NCBI GenBank assembly: GCA_023515795.1
Contig: JALGPX010000081.1
Span: 1-53,031, forward strand
Length of the DNA stretch: 53,031 bases
Direction of reading: 5' to 3'
From: Amoeboaphelidium occidentale
Taxonomy: Eukaryota
Part shown: positions 1-11,560 of the stretch, piece after piece
How positions within the stretch are numbered: position 1 is the stretch's first letter
Layout of the letters: every line of letters begins with the position of its first letter
Notes under the pieces: model-generated
The model's database searches: none
What the model was told of the DNA's origin: nothing
The model's input: the letters and a program-made list of their open reading frames with translations, nothing else
Made by a program: the position numbers and the translations under genes

Positions 1-64
1 CCGTTTTAGGAAAGTGCGAAATTCCACCTGAGGCGCTTGCCGCCACAAATGTTTCATTCCTAAA

Positions 65-805
65 ATGTTCGTCCGTTCTCTGGTTGCATTAATTTCGTTG
101 GTTTCAATTGCCCTGGCGCAAGAATGCTTAGACTTGTCTCAGTCCAAACTCTGCTCTGGTTTCAATGTTCGCATCGCGCCTTCAGATCAGTTCCCTGACG
201 TCCAGTCCTTTGATGCTGCAGTATTTGCCGCTGTTGACGAAGCTTCTTTGGCTACCTCAGAAAAGTGCGGTTCGTCGGTTAATCTGAAAAAGGTTCCTTA
301 TGCTGTTGATTATGTCTGTTTCACCATGTTGTTTGGCGTTGGCGTCTCAAGTGAGTTGGGAGGCATATTCCAGAACATCACTGATACCGCGAAGGATATT
401 GCAGATTCCATTAAAGACACTGCTGTTTCAACTGGCGAAACGATCAGAGACACGGCTGTCGACCTGTTTGATGGTATCAAGGGAATTTTTACCGGAGACA
501 GAGAAGGATCCTCAAGCGAGAGTCCGGAACTTAATGCTGTCGCAGGCGGGGCTCAATGCTTCAACTTGGATCAGCTTAAGAAACAAGATAACAAGTTCCT
601 GTGCAAGTCCAGCTGCAATTCTTATGTCAGAGGGTTTAATGATGTCTGCAAGAACTTTAAATTGGATTCTGCTAAGACATGCAATTCTCTGAATGATAAG
701 AGCTGCGCTACTGGGACACAATTTGCTGCAGAGAATTCGGCACTTGTCCTAAGATCTTCAGCCCTAGTGATCTTCATATTCGCAGTCATATTCTTGACTG
801 CTTAA
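65..805 (+). CDS. Secreted, probably GPI-anchored Cys-rich protein with an internal 11-residue repeat insert
   Basis: Signal peptide MFVRSLVALISLVSIALA; spaced cysteines; hydrophobic C-terminus after small residues (AAENSA...LVIFIFAVIFLTA); AATAAA at 810-815. Confidence 0.7.
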   Translation: MFVRSLVALISLVSIALAQECLDLSQSKLCSGFNVRIAPSDQFPDVQSFDAAVFAAVDEASLATSEKCGSSVNLKKVPYAVDYVCFTMLFGVGVSSELGGIFQNITDTAKDIADSIKDTAVSTGETIRDTAVDLFDGIKGIFTGDREGSSSESPELNAVAGGAQCFNLDQLKKQDNKFLCKSSCNSYVRGFNDVCKNFKLDSAKTCNSLNDKSCATGTQFAAENSALVLRSSALVIFIFAVIFLTA

Positions 806-898
806 GAACAATAAAGAATCAATTTTGAAAATCTGAAACGGCATAAAGCGTTTTATAGTCGCGATTCTGAATGTTTTTGTCTTGTGAATTGACACGAT

Positions 899-1807
899 AT
901 GGATAGATCTGTATTGCTAAAGAAATACTTCTTCAATGGGCTCATAAAAGTTGTGCATCCGGACTTCTTTATTAATAATTTGAAAGCGCAAAAGGTCAAC
1001 TCGTCATCTTTGCAGCAGATACAACCATTTGTGGAAAGTATCAGAGCAAAACAGAATTTGAATGATATCAAGCATATTTCTATAGACACAAAGACACCTT
1101 TTTATCTAAGGCCTATAGGAACGATTAAATGCAGAGATTATAATGCGCCGGAATGTATGCCTTCGTTTATTGACATGGTACCGGAGATTCGGAACGGCCA
1201 GCATAATGATCAACTGTATTTGGATGCATTCTTGCTTAGACTGCTGAGATATTGTGACCATATTGGAATATCAGTCGATAAGAAGGATCATTCATGGTGT
1301 AAAGATAAGGTAGGAGGGCATCTTGTCGAAATTCCGACATCCAGAAACACGCCGCCGAAATCTATGCGACAAGATCATGCTGACATAGAACGAATAAGAA
1401 AAACACGACTCGTTCGACGTGTTGCTTTTGAGAATGGACTAAAAAAGTTGGTGAATGAGACAGTTGCAAGTTCTAATTCCAAGCTGCACACAGTAAAAGA
1501 ACGTCTTGCGTGGATTCAAACCAATATGATGATTTACTTTGATCCTTGCCTAGACCAATACCAACGGCTTCATTTCCTTACAAAATTGGCTTCTGTCTAC
1601 CCATTATTAAAGCCTGAACTCTGGGCACATCTTCCTGTGATGGTTAAAGACTCTGATTATGCTGAAGAGTTTGGATGGTCAGAACAAGATGATGAATTAA
1701 AAGGCTTCATCAAAATTGATCATAACTTCAGACTACGGGAATTCGAACAGTATTTAAATGAGAATTTGAAAAGAATTGAACGGGAGTACAGACAACTATT
1801 TACTTAA
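899..1807 (+). CDS. TCAIM-like (DUF4460) protein
   Basis: N-terminal IKVVHPDFF...QKVNSSSLQQI resembles the VHPDFF...INENSLK motif of DUF4460/TCAIM proteins; 302-aa uninterrupted ORF. Confidence 0.6.
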   Translation: MDRSVLLKKYFFNGLIKVVHPDFFINNLKAQKVNSSSLQQIQPFVESIRAKQNLNDIKHISIDTKTPFYLRPIGTIKCRDYNAPECMPSFIDMVPEIRNGQHNDQLYLDAFLLRLLRYCDHIGISVDKKDHSWCKDKVGGHLVEIPTSRNTPPKSMRQDHADIERIRKTRLVRRVAFENGLKKLVNETVASSNSKLHTVKERLAWIQTNMMIYFDPCLDQYQRLHFLTKLASVYPLLKPELWAHLPVMVKDSDYAEEFGWSEQDDELKGFIKIDHNFRLREFEQYLNENLKRIEREYRQLFT

Positions 1808-3043
1808 ACAAACAGTGAATTCGGAATCCAAGTTCCAGTGCTGATATACCCATTCTTTGGTTCATAGAAATCTGTCTGAGTAGCAACAGAAACACCAGAG
1901 CCTTCGCTGAGTTGATAGTCTGGTTCTTGCGCAATAAACAGAGATTCATGTTCTAATGAAGCAATCTTGTCTAAATCCATCCTTGAGTTGGTTCTTGTAG
2001 CCGAAGGAGTAGCAGCAGGCGTAGGGTAAGCGTTGAGTTGAGATGCAGCCTTGTATTGATAAAGCTCTTTCTTGTTTACAAACGAGAAGGGCGGAATTAA
2101 ACCGACATCAAGATCAAGCATCAAATTTTCATCTGGTTCAGTAAATCCGGCGCCAGAGGATGCACTTAAACTTGAACTGGGCGTATAATTAAATCCACTT
2201 GAAAGCCTTGTATTCTGGGGATGCACAGCGTCAACAACATAATACGGAATACCGCCAACAAAAGGCTCCTTTGCTAGTTGATCCATTGATATTGATGAAG
2301 GCCTGTTCCCCAGTTTGATGAATTTATGTCCGTGTATTGAATGCATTTGATGACTTGGAGGCTGCAAAGGAAGCTGTGGTGGTGGCGGAGGTGCTTGCAT
2401 TGAAGGCAAAGCTGCATTAAATGATGATCCAGAAGCAAAACTTGACGATTTTCGTGAATTAGGAACATCAGCACATGTGGTTGACCAGCCCAAGCGTACA
2501 CAACGAGAGCACGGCCTCCCTTTATCACAAGAAACGTGAGAATTCCTGCAGTTCCCACAGGAAGTACCAGCATTTATCGTCATCGACAAAGGCACGGATG
2601 GCGGTGGCGCAGCAACTGGTGCAGCAAACGGATTAACTCCAACCGATGAATGGAATTGCATAGAAGGAGCAGGACCAGGGCTCATATTCACAGCAAAAGC
2701 CGTTGCGTTGGGAACAGCTTCATTTGAATCCACTGGCGCAGGTGCCTTAAAATTCTTCGGTAGCATGTCCATTCCAGAAGAAATAGAAAGTCGATGGTTC
2801 TGTAGGTGCGATCTGTTCTCATCGTTCACATCCTCACACTCTTTGGCTATAGAAGGCAGCAGTTAGAAAATAAATCCAACAATAGCGACCCAAATTACCT
2901 AATCGCTTACACCGACCACACGGTCTGTTTTTATCACATGCGACATGGGCTGATCTACATTGAAAGCATGCAGTTTTTGGCTTTGAATCTAAATCTGTAT
3001 TTGTGCTTCCAGGCGAGTCTGGTGGGCTTTCTATAGTCGACAT
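1804..3043 (-). CDS. Zn2Cys6 transcription factor with two zinc clusters (2 exons; intron 2847-2898)
   Basis: ATG at 3043. Removing a 52-nt GTAATT...CTAAC...TAG intron completes CFQCRSAHVACDKNRPCGRCKRLAKEC; second cluster CGNCRNSHVSCDKGRPCSRCVRLGWSTTC follows. Confidence 0.85.
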
Positions 3044-3138
3044 GTTTTTATGAAGAGAAATTGATCTGCTCGGCCGAAGCTGTGATCGGCGTGATTCCAC
3101 AATTGGCGTGAACTACTTGAGACCATTTATTTTGAGTA

Positions 3139-5880
3139 TCATTTTCTTCTTGTTGAACTGCTCATACTTGCTGCAGGCTCTCTAGCACCTTTGAGCTTAT
3201 TTGTGAGCAAACTATCTTCTTGTTCAGCAATATTTCGTAAGTTGGATGGTCGACCAGGTGTAGCCATATTAGCAAAGCTTTGTGATATTCCGTTGTCCCC
3301 ACTTACAACAACGTAACTACTGTTATTGATCATTGGATCAGGCCGATAGGAGCCCATAGAAATCTCTGTTTCTGTCATGTAGGATGCCCTGGGATTGTTA
3401 TCGTTTTCTCCGGGAAGACTGTAAGGCAAACCAGCTCTTTTCTTCTCAGCGTAATTGTAGATGTCTGTGCAGTTATCAATTAAATACTCAGTCACGTTAT
3501 TTTTGTAACCCATATCCATCAATTCTGAGTCTGGAGATAAAGTTCCTTCTAATTCTGCAGCAGCTGACTTTGGTGAACGAAGTAAATTAGGACCAAATAC
3601 CACAGCCAAGTTCTTAGAATTCATAAGATTTTTTTCTTGCATCGAAGTAATCTTCTTTAGATGAAAAAGCAGGAGTTTCAAGCTCTCAAAGTTTTGACGG
3701 GGAAGAGACGCAACAGCATCTACTGTCGTTCTCAATCTCTCGTTTTCATTCTGTTCAACTACAATATTAGAAAATATAAAAGGTGATTCTTACGATATCC
3801 TTCTACTAAAACAGCATACAGCTCAAACGTTGTTAACGGAACTGGCATGGTCCGTAAATATTGCTTCAAAATCCCCGTGACCACATTCACATCTGGCCAT
3901 TGCTGATCGTCCAGTAAATTGATTTCTTCTCCAAATGTTTTACTTGAATTGAATTTCTCTATCAGAAGTCTAATATGGCTCGCCAATCCAGACTTTCTAT
4001 AAATCCCTTCTGCTTTTATCCCTCTGGCTTCCACCGCCTGAATACAGTTGACTATTATAATTGGAGTATCACGGTTCTCATACTGGCATTGGATCGCGAG
4101 ATCATTTCCAAATAAAGGAACACGAAGATTTGATCTGTCTCCGGAACAGGTTAAACCAAGTGATGCAGAGCAAACATCATGACATGCCAATCCGCAAGCT
4201 AAAATAAATGAAAATTCAAAAGGAAATGATAACCTTTGCATTGCATTTCACAATCATACGTTTTAATCACATCAGCACAAATCACGCAAGTCTCTCCTGA
4301 TACATAAAAAGTCTGTGGGTTCAATTGATGAGGCTTGTCATTTTTCTTTTTGGAGTTCTGATTAGTTTTCAAACTTATCCACTTCATAATCTTTGCACCA
4401 ACCCTCTCTGATCGATCTGGCGCTCCTGAAAGAGTTTCTTTTGAAGGAGAATGTTTAATCGCTGCCATAGCAGCTTTCTTTGCATTTATATCTAAGGATT
4501 TTCGAGCTGCACGCTTCACATTCAGTCCTTCATTGTTTGAGCTTCCATTTTCTCGAGGTACTGCTAATTGATCCCTGGAGCCACTGTTCAGGTTAGACTT
4601 TGTAGGCAGATCGCTAGCGACAATCTTTTTACCGCTAAGGCTCTCTTGACTGGTATATACTGCTTTTGCTGGAGTACTTGCCGCAACAACAGCTTGTTGT
4701 TTCATTTTTAGGTTCGTGGTTTCAAGAGCAACCTTCTTTTCCAAGTCTTTCACAGAAGCTTCAAGCTCTGAAATTGTTTGTCTCAATATCCAACTATCTC
4801 TCTCAAGCTGCTCTTGTCTTTCTCTTGCGTCAAACATTTGTGCCTCTAGAGAAGCCTTCTGCTCCTTAAGCTTCGCATTCTCATCCGATAAAAACTTCTT
4901 TTCATTAGTAAGATTTGTCAACTGATACTGTAGTGATGAGATCGTAGTTTGAAGTTGAGCTAATTCCGCCAAGAGACCAGTCTTCTTAGTTAAAAGTTCT
5001 GAGTACTGAGATTCAAGTTCGTGAAGTTGCTTTATGGCTTCCTTCTCTGCTGTTCCATCACCATGCTGGCCGATTGCAGTACTAATCCTATTCTGCTGAG
5101 ATAATCTATCATTCATTGCCTGAGCCTCGCGTAAAGCAGCATCCTTTTTCAGTAAAGCTTGCTTCAAGGAGTGTACTTCATCTTCTAATTTTTTCCTCGC
5201 TGCTGCCTCTGATGATAATCTATCCTTTACCATTTGATACTCGTTCAAAGCTGTCTTGCTAGCAGACTGAAACTTCTCCAGAACTTGCTCTGTCTCTGCC
5301 AATTTCCGTCTAAGCGCATCCTCATTGCTCTGATTTTTAATACCAAGACTATTGACACTAGCCGATGAACCAAAAGGATTCTCAGTAGCATTATTTGATG
5401 GTGTAGTATCTATACCGTCCCTTTTCTTTGAACACTCTAGACAGAACAATCCACCTCCATCAGCATCGTCCCCTGAAGCAGGGCTTATGATCACATAGAC
5501 TAAATCATTGATCTTCTTACTACAAACATCGCAAGTAAAGCAGTCCTCGTGATAAGATCCCTCCTGTGTCATGATCGCTTCATCAAAGATTCCCTGCTGA
5601 CACCTTCTGCACTTGTAAGAACATGCCTCACACACCGGAAGACCATTAGAAAGTAAGAGTATCTCCTGATCTGCCTGTAAAGCATCTGATAAAGACTTTG
5701 TGCACTTGGAACAGTTGAAGCAGTTGACATGAAAGAAGTTGTCTCCGAACCTTCACAAAGTTAGAACAGATCATCATGATAATCGTACGAAATGATGTTC
5801 CCATCGGAATCTATTGGCAGCTGACATGATTTGCAAGTGATATTGTCTGGACTGAGTGGTGGTGCATCAGTAGAAGACAT
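3139..5880 (-). CDS. LIM-LIM / coiled-coil / C1 / RhoGAP protein, fungal Rga-like (introns 5751-5788, 4199-4233, 3759-3793)
   Basis: Three GT-AG introns (38, 35, 35 nt) join the ORFs in frame. LIM motifs CKSC...FFHVNCFNCSKC and CRRC...YHEDCFTCDVC; C1 domain H...CVIC...C..CGLACHDVC; RhoGAP motifs EGIYRKSG, LKQYLR, NLMNSKNLAVVFGPNLL. Confidence 0.9.
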
Positions 5881-6212
5881 TTCCGAGAATCTCTGTAACA
5901 ACGACTTCGATCTCGCTCGGTCGATTAGAAAACGAGGCGGCAACGGAAATGGAAATACGCAACGCCACTAATGAAACACGGCATTTTTAGAGTTCTTTAG
6001 ACCCTTTAGAGATAATCTGAGTTATCTTAAGCCTATCGTGACGGCTCTATTACATCAGAGGTCTGAAGTTGTAACCTGTAAATTATGGCGTAAATCGCGC
6101 AACATATACTTTGAGCTAGATATCATGCTAGATTAGTAGCCATGAAATTAAAGCGATACATTCTCGCCCTGCTGATGCCTAAGAGCTGATCTTCTAAATG
6201 CTTTTCTTCTAA

Positions 6213-8005
6213 ATGACTATCGCTGCGTTGCTGAAACAACCTGAATGGAATCAAAATAAGAGCGCCTGTGTGGCCCTGTTTAAGAAGCAGCATTATAAAT
6301 CTTCCTTCGAAATGGCATCGCTCATGCTGTCAATTAATCCTTCATGTTCTGGTCGTTATGAGTTGCTGAAGACGGCCGCGAATTCGCTTTACCACTTGAA
6401 ACAGTACAGAAGAGCAATGAGATACTTTGAAGATTGTCTAAGTTCACTATTGGCGCTGTCTCAAGGAAATGGCAAGTATAGTTTTCAGCGAAACGGCTAA
6501 TTATTTAGTCGGCTTAGATTCCTTTACTTTGGGTGAAGAAGGCGCACAGTTCAACATTGACGAGGAATGGGTTGACACGAGATTTAAAATGGCCAAATGC
6601 TGTTTCATAGTTAAAGACTTAAATTTGGCAAAGAACTCTCTCAGGGGCATTCCGCACAAGAATCGCTCAGCTGAAGTGTGGCAGTTATTGGGCAAAGTTT
6701 GTGAAGCGCAATCGAATTTCCGTGAAGCTTACGAAAGTTATTTAAGGGCTCTTGATGATGGTCAATTCTCATTGGAAGTATACACAGATTTACTACGGGT
6801 GCATTCTGCTGGTAAAGATATGCCACCTGTTCAGCTGCCTCCTCTAGAACTTTCTCCTTTGATCAGCATATTGAAGAAAGTGAAAGAATTGCAGTATTTG
6901 TATAAATATGATCAAGCAATTACTCTCTTGAAACAATTAGAAGGAACTAGTAGCCCATTGGTACTAAAGGAATTGGCGTACTGTTATTATTGCTTGTGTG
7001 AGTATGATATCGCATTGAGATATTTTGAGAGATCATCAGAACTTGAGCCTGAATGTTTGAAATACATGGACATTTATGCATCTATTCTTCGCGGTAAAAC
7101 TTATATACCGGGTTTGAACAAGTAAACTCTTTTATTTCAGTTTAATTTCATAGATTGACCAATGAACTTTTATCTGTTGATCAAACGGCTCCACAGCCAT
7201 GGACTGTACTTGCAAAATATGTTGACGCGAAAGGCGAAAAAGACAGAGCTTTGATGTTTGTTAATCAAGCATTGAATTTGAATTCACTTGATGTTGATCC
7301 ACAAGCTCTGCACGAAGCATACATGATGAAGGGTCACATTATGTTGTCTAATAGGAAGCCGAACGATGCTTTGGTTAATTTTAAGAAGGCACACATGATT
7401 CAAAAGTAAGCTTTCTGTAATATGTTAAACTGTTTAGAAACGTTTTTACTTTCGAAGGTTGCTTGGAATGTCTAATTATGATGGGAAAAGGCAAAGAAGC
7501 ATTAATTGTTGCCAAAGAAGCAATAACCGTAATGAAAGACATTCCTAAATGCTTAGTATTTACAGGTTATGCTCTAAAAGAAAATGATGAATCCGAAAAA
7601 GCGAAAAGAGCATTTGAAACAGCTCTTGCTAAAAATCCAGATAATGTTGATGCAACAATTGCATTATGTGAATTACTTTGCGAGAAGACTCAGTACAGGG
7701 AAGCAATTAGATTGTTGCAAAATCAACTTTCTCATTTCTCCACAGACTGGTTACACACAAAATTGGGAGATTTGTTCTTGTTGCAACATCGAAAATCAGG
7801 TCACAGAGATCCTTCGAATGAAAGCCTAAAAGCATTTTATCATTATCACTTTGCTTTAGCATTGAATCCGAATTTCCAAGACGCGACAGATGGACTTGCA
7901 AGATGTGATGCAGTTTTGAATGGAGGCGACGCTGATCAAATGGAAGCGGATGAAGATGGAGGATTTAATGAAGGTGAAGAATTTGGAGACGATGATGATC
8001 TTTAA
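6213..8005 (+). CDS. APC7: TPR protein, probably anaphase-promoting complex subunit 7 (introns 6472-6508 GC-AG, 7122-7153, 7406-7437)
   Basis: Four ORFs joined in frame by 37, 32 and 32 nt introns. TPR arrays; motifs LYHLKQYRRA, RFKMAKC, MDIYASIL, LHTKLGDLF, ALALNPN and an acidic tail resemble ANAPC7. Confidence 0.75.
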
Positions 8006-8146
8006 AATTTCAAGTTAAAAAGATGTGTCGCGGTGACATAAATAGAAGCGCGTTATCTTGAAACTGCGATGTAACACGAAAACTCAACAACAATCAGATC
8101 AAGGAGTGACTCAGTGAATCATTCAAGTTTTCCGTAAAACGATCAA

Positions 8147-11100
8147 ATGCCTCGACCAAAGAGAGCAGCGGCACAGAAGGGTAAGTTTACTGATAAACTC
8201 AAAACTCTAATCTTTTCAAAAGCTTCCACGATAATCGAAATCAATTCCGATGATGACGATAATGATCTTCTTGAGAATGTCGCACCAGTTCCGAAAGCGT
8301 CGAGAAGAAAGGGTCGCACAGCTGAAGATTTCTACGTTGACAATGAAGACGATCAAAACCTGGACGAAATTGAGCCGGACGAATCGTTCGTGCCAAAGAA
8401 GAGACAAAAGAAGAAGGCTGGCGAGTCAGCGTCTGGAAGCTCACTGACCGTCGCAAAGAAGAAGAATTTAGTTAAGAAATCTTATCCGGAGTTGGAAAAA
8501 AGTTTGTGCGAGGTTTTGGAGCCTCAGAGTTTGCCGGCGGGTAGCAGAGATCTTATGGATTGGTGGTGCTTCTATCCCAGCCATAGTTTCCATTCAAAAG
8601 CTGAACATCCAAATACGGACAATAATTTGCTTTACATTGGAAGTGTTCAGATGTATCCGGCCGATGGGGTAAAAGTTAAAATCGCGAATCTGTCGGGTAC
8701 ATTTATGGGCATTAAATTTGGGGCAGAGTTGACAATACATAGACCCGCCATCAAAAAGGAAAATATGACATTTAAGGGCTCATATGAAACAAGGATGTAT
8801 ACGATCAGCGGTGTTGGTCCGCATGATATCATCGAGTGGACTGATTTTCCGGGAGCGGAAGAGGAACAGGCTGAGTACAATGCTTTGAGAGAGAAGGCGT
8901 TGATCACCGCCGGAAACAGCTGGATCGCAAACCAACGTACCGATAAAACGATTCGTTATGAGCAAAAGTATGTCGTTGGACAAGATCGTGATGAAATTGT
9001 TGTTGGGCGTACGGAAATGGAGTTTACTAGTAACTCTTTAAAGTATTTTGCTTTTGTTTTGCGTGAGTCATCAAATTTGTACTTTTGTGATCGTTACGCT
9101 CGTTTGGATGCGATTCGTGATGCCTTTGAAAAAAATAGTGTAGATATGTCGTTAATTGGTAAGATTATTGGGGCCGGAGTAAATAGTACTTCAATGTTCG
9201 TTTCCAAGGCTGAAAATTCGAAATTTAAGATTCCAGATACTTTTGAGAGTCCTGAATCTGATCCTCCTGAAGGATTTCATTTGACGCTGAGACCTTATCA
9301 GAAACGGACACTTTATTGGCTTTTGGAGCAAGAATCTGATTCTGCTCATCATAACTTCAGCATGGAGTGCAAAAATTTTCCGAACGGTGATTACTCTGAA
9401 GCGCATCACAGATGTGGCTTCACTGTGACTCAAATTGGGCCAGATGGCCCTTTCTTTGACATTGTCATGAAAAAATTCTTTAAAGTCAATCCTGAACTCT
9501 ATGTAACGACAACGAAGAAAAACATATATTGTCCAGGAGCGATTCTCGCCGATGATACTGGTACAGGAAAAACAGTTACTGTTCTTGCTCTTATCCATAC
9601 GAATCCGTTTAAAACTTTGGATAGCAAAATGTTGGATCCGTTCTCATTCTCTTCATGTTTTGTCTCAAGAGCAACTTTGGTTGTTTGTCCTTCACATTTG
9701 TGTGCTCAATGGAAGCTCGAGGCTGAGAGATGCATGCCAGAAGCCAACATCAAAGTTCTAACAACAATTGTTGATCACCAGAAGCTTTCATGGGACGATG
9801 TCCTTGAAGCGGACATTGTTATTACATCATTGAACTTTCTACAGAACAAAAGCTACGATACCAAAGTGCGTGACCTGATTTCAAAGGAAACGTCTTCCTT
9901 CTCTTGGTATGAAAAAGGAAGAGATAATTATAAGCAAGAGCTCTATTGTCATCGTATCAAGAGTCAAGGCAAGAAAGTTTATGGAAAGGAGATGGGCAAA
10001 GTTGTATTTGAACATGTGTTTTGGTATCGTATCGTTTGTGATGAATTCCACGAATTAGGAAAAAGTGAAAGCAAAAACAAGGCTGCCAGATGCTTTTTGA
10101 AAGATTTGAAAGGCAGATTCTACTTGGGCGTTACTGGCACACCTGCTACTAACACTGCCCGAGACATCGGCGAAATGGCAAAATATTTGAACTGCGATCA
10201 AGAGTTCAGTTTCGACATGGCTAAATGCTTTGTTCAGCAGAAAATAAGGAGAAATGAGCCTAATTTGGAATTGCCTCCTGTCGAGAACAGATGCATTTGG
10301 GTTGAACTTTCAGTCGAGGAGCGTGGTCTTTACATTGGAATGAACGATTTGACTCGTTCGTCTTTAATGGCATGTAATCATCATCAGTTGGCAGACGATA
10401 TTCTCGATATTGTTGGAGATGGAAAGGAAATGAGTGTCGAAGAAGTGGCTGCCATGGTGCAGAAGTCTCGTTTGACAAATATTGCAAAATTGAGCACTAG
10501 AATCGGCAATTTGGAGAAATCTCTTGGGGAAGCAAAAAAAGATTATAATGAAGTTCTTCACTTGAAAAAGAATGGCGTCCTCACGATTGAAGTCAAAACT
10601 GCTGAAGACAAAGTTGAAGAGAAATCTATCGATAGTGTTTTAAGAAGTAAATTAACCCGTTGCGAAAGCATCGGAAAGAATATTGTTGAAGTTGAAAGAG
10701 AAAGAGCAAATATTCAAAGTCAGTATAATTTCTTTCAGACTTTGTTGGATGCTGTTCAGGAAGGTAAACAACAGAATTGTTTGATTTGCCTGGAGGATAT
10801 TGTTTGTGGTCAAAAGTTTTCCGTTGGTAGATGCGGTCATGTTTATTGTTGCCCTTGCTTGGATTTACTGATGGCTTCAGCTCATCCTCGCTGCGGTGCT
10901 TGTCGTGTTGAATTGAAGCGTGAAGACATTGCTAGAATTGCTATTAAAAAAGTTGAGCCTGAGACCGAAAAGCAAGAGCAAGAAGAAAACGAAGCCGAAG
11001 ATCCTGATGAACCTAAGATTGATTATTCCAAGTACGGTTCTAAACTTGGAGCGTTCGTAGAATTCGCAACAAAAACCATTCAAGAAGAACCTGATGCAAA

Positions 11101-11506
11101 AATTGTTTTATTCATTCAGTGGAGACATTTAATGAAACTCGTCTCAAAATCTTTGAATGAGTTTAACGTTAACCATGTCACTTGTGATGGTAATGTTTTT
11201 ACAAAGTCGAAAGCTGTTACTTCATTCAAAACTGATCCAAATGTCAAATTGATTCTATTGTCAGCAGAAGATTCTGTGTCAGGTTTGCACTTGACTGAAG
11301 CTAATTATGTTGTTATTTTCCATCCGTTCTTGATGGATTCAGATAAGCAAGCGATGGATTATGAGTATCAAGGTATTGCTCGTAGCAGACGTTTTGGCCA
11401 AACGAGAACAGTCAAAGTTGTCAGATTTTTAGTTAAAGATTCCGTTGAGGAAGTTTTAGCCAAGAGAAGAAAGTACGATAATGCTCAATTGAATGAACAA
11501 TTTTAA
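8147..11506 (+). CDS. SNF2-family helicase with RING finger (Rad5/Rad16/SHPRH-like); probable in-frame intron 8181-8222
   Basis: LRPYQ; motif I GAILADDTGTGKT; TLVVCPSHLCAQW; motif II DEFH; TGTP; C3HC4 RING CLIC...CGHVYCCPC...CGAC; helicase-C GLHLTEAN and ARSRRFGQ. Confidence 0.9.
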   Translation: MPRPKRAAAQKGKFTDKLKTLIFSKASTIIEINSDDDDNDLLENVAPVPKASRRKGRTAEDFYVDNEDDQNLDEIEPDESFVPKKRQKKKAGESASGSSLTVAKKKNLVKKSYPELEKSLCEVLEPQSLPAGSRDLMDWWCFYPSHSFHSKAEHPNTDNNLLYIGSVQMYPADGVKVKIANLSGTFMGIKFGAELTIHRPAIKKENMTFKGSYETRMYTISGVGPHDIIEWTDFPGAEEEQAEYNALREKALITAGNSWIANQRTDKTIRYEQKYVVGQDRDEIVVGRTEMEFTSNSLKYFAFVLRESSNLYFCDRYARLDAIRDAFEKNSVDMSLIGKIIGAGVNSTSMFVSKAENSKFKIPDTFESPESDPPEGFHLTLRPYQKRTLYWLLEQESDSAHHNFSMECKNFPNGDYSEAHHRCGFTVTQIGPDGPFFDIVMKKFFKVNPELYVTTTKKNIYCPGAILADDTGTGKTVTVLALIHTNPFKTLDSKMLDPFSFSSCFVSRATLVVCPSHLCAQWKLEAERCMPEANIKVLTTIVDHQKLSWDDVLEADIVITSLNFLQNKSYDTKVRDLISKETSSFSWYEKGRDNYKQELYCHRIKSQGKKVYGKEMGKVVFEHVFWYRIVCDEFHELGKSESKNKAARCFLKDLKGRFYLGVTGTPATNTARDIGEMAKYLNCDQEFSFDMAKCFVQQKIRRNEPNLELPPVENRCIWVELSVEERGLYIGMNDLTRSSLMACNHHQLADDILDIVGDGKEMSVEEVAAMVQKSRLTNIAKLSTRIGNLEKSLGEAKKDYNEVLHLKKNGVLTIEVKTAEDKVEEKSIDSVLRSKLTRCESIGKNIVEVERERANIQSQYNFFQTLLDAVQEGKQQNCLICLEDIVCGQKFSVGRCGHVYCCPCLDLLMASAHPRCGACRVELKREDIARIAIKKVEPETEKQEQEENEAEDPDEPKIDYSKYGSKLGAFVEFATKTIQEEPDAKIVLFIQWRHLMKLVSKSLNEFNVNHVTCDGNVFTKSKAVTSFKTDPNVKLILLSAEDSVSGLHLTEANYVVIFHPFLMDSDKQAMDYEYQGIARSRRFGQTRTVKVVRFLVKDSVEEVLAKRRKYDNAQLNEQF

Positions 11507-11560
11507 TATATTTTCCTGAAAGCATCGCGACCGTTTCTTTTTGTTTCAACTGTGTTGGAA

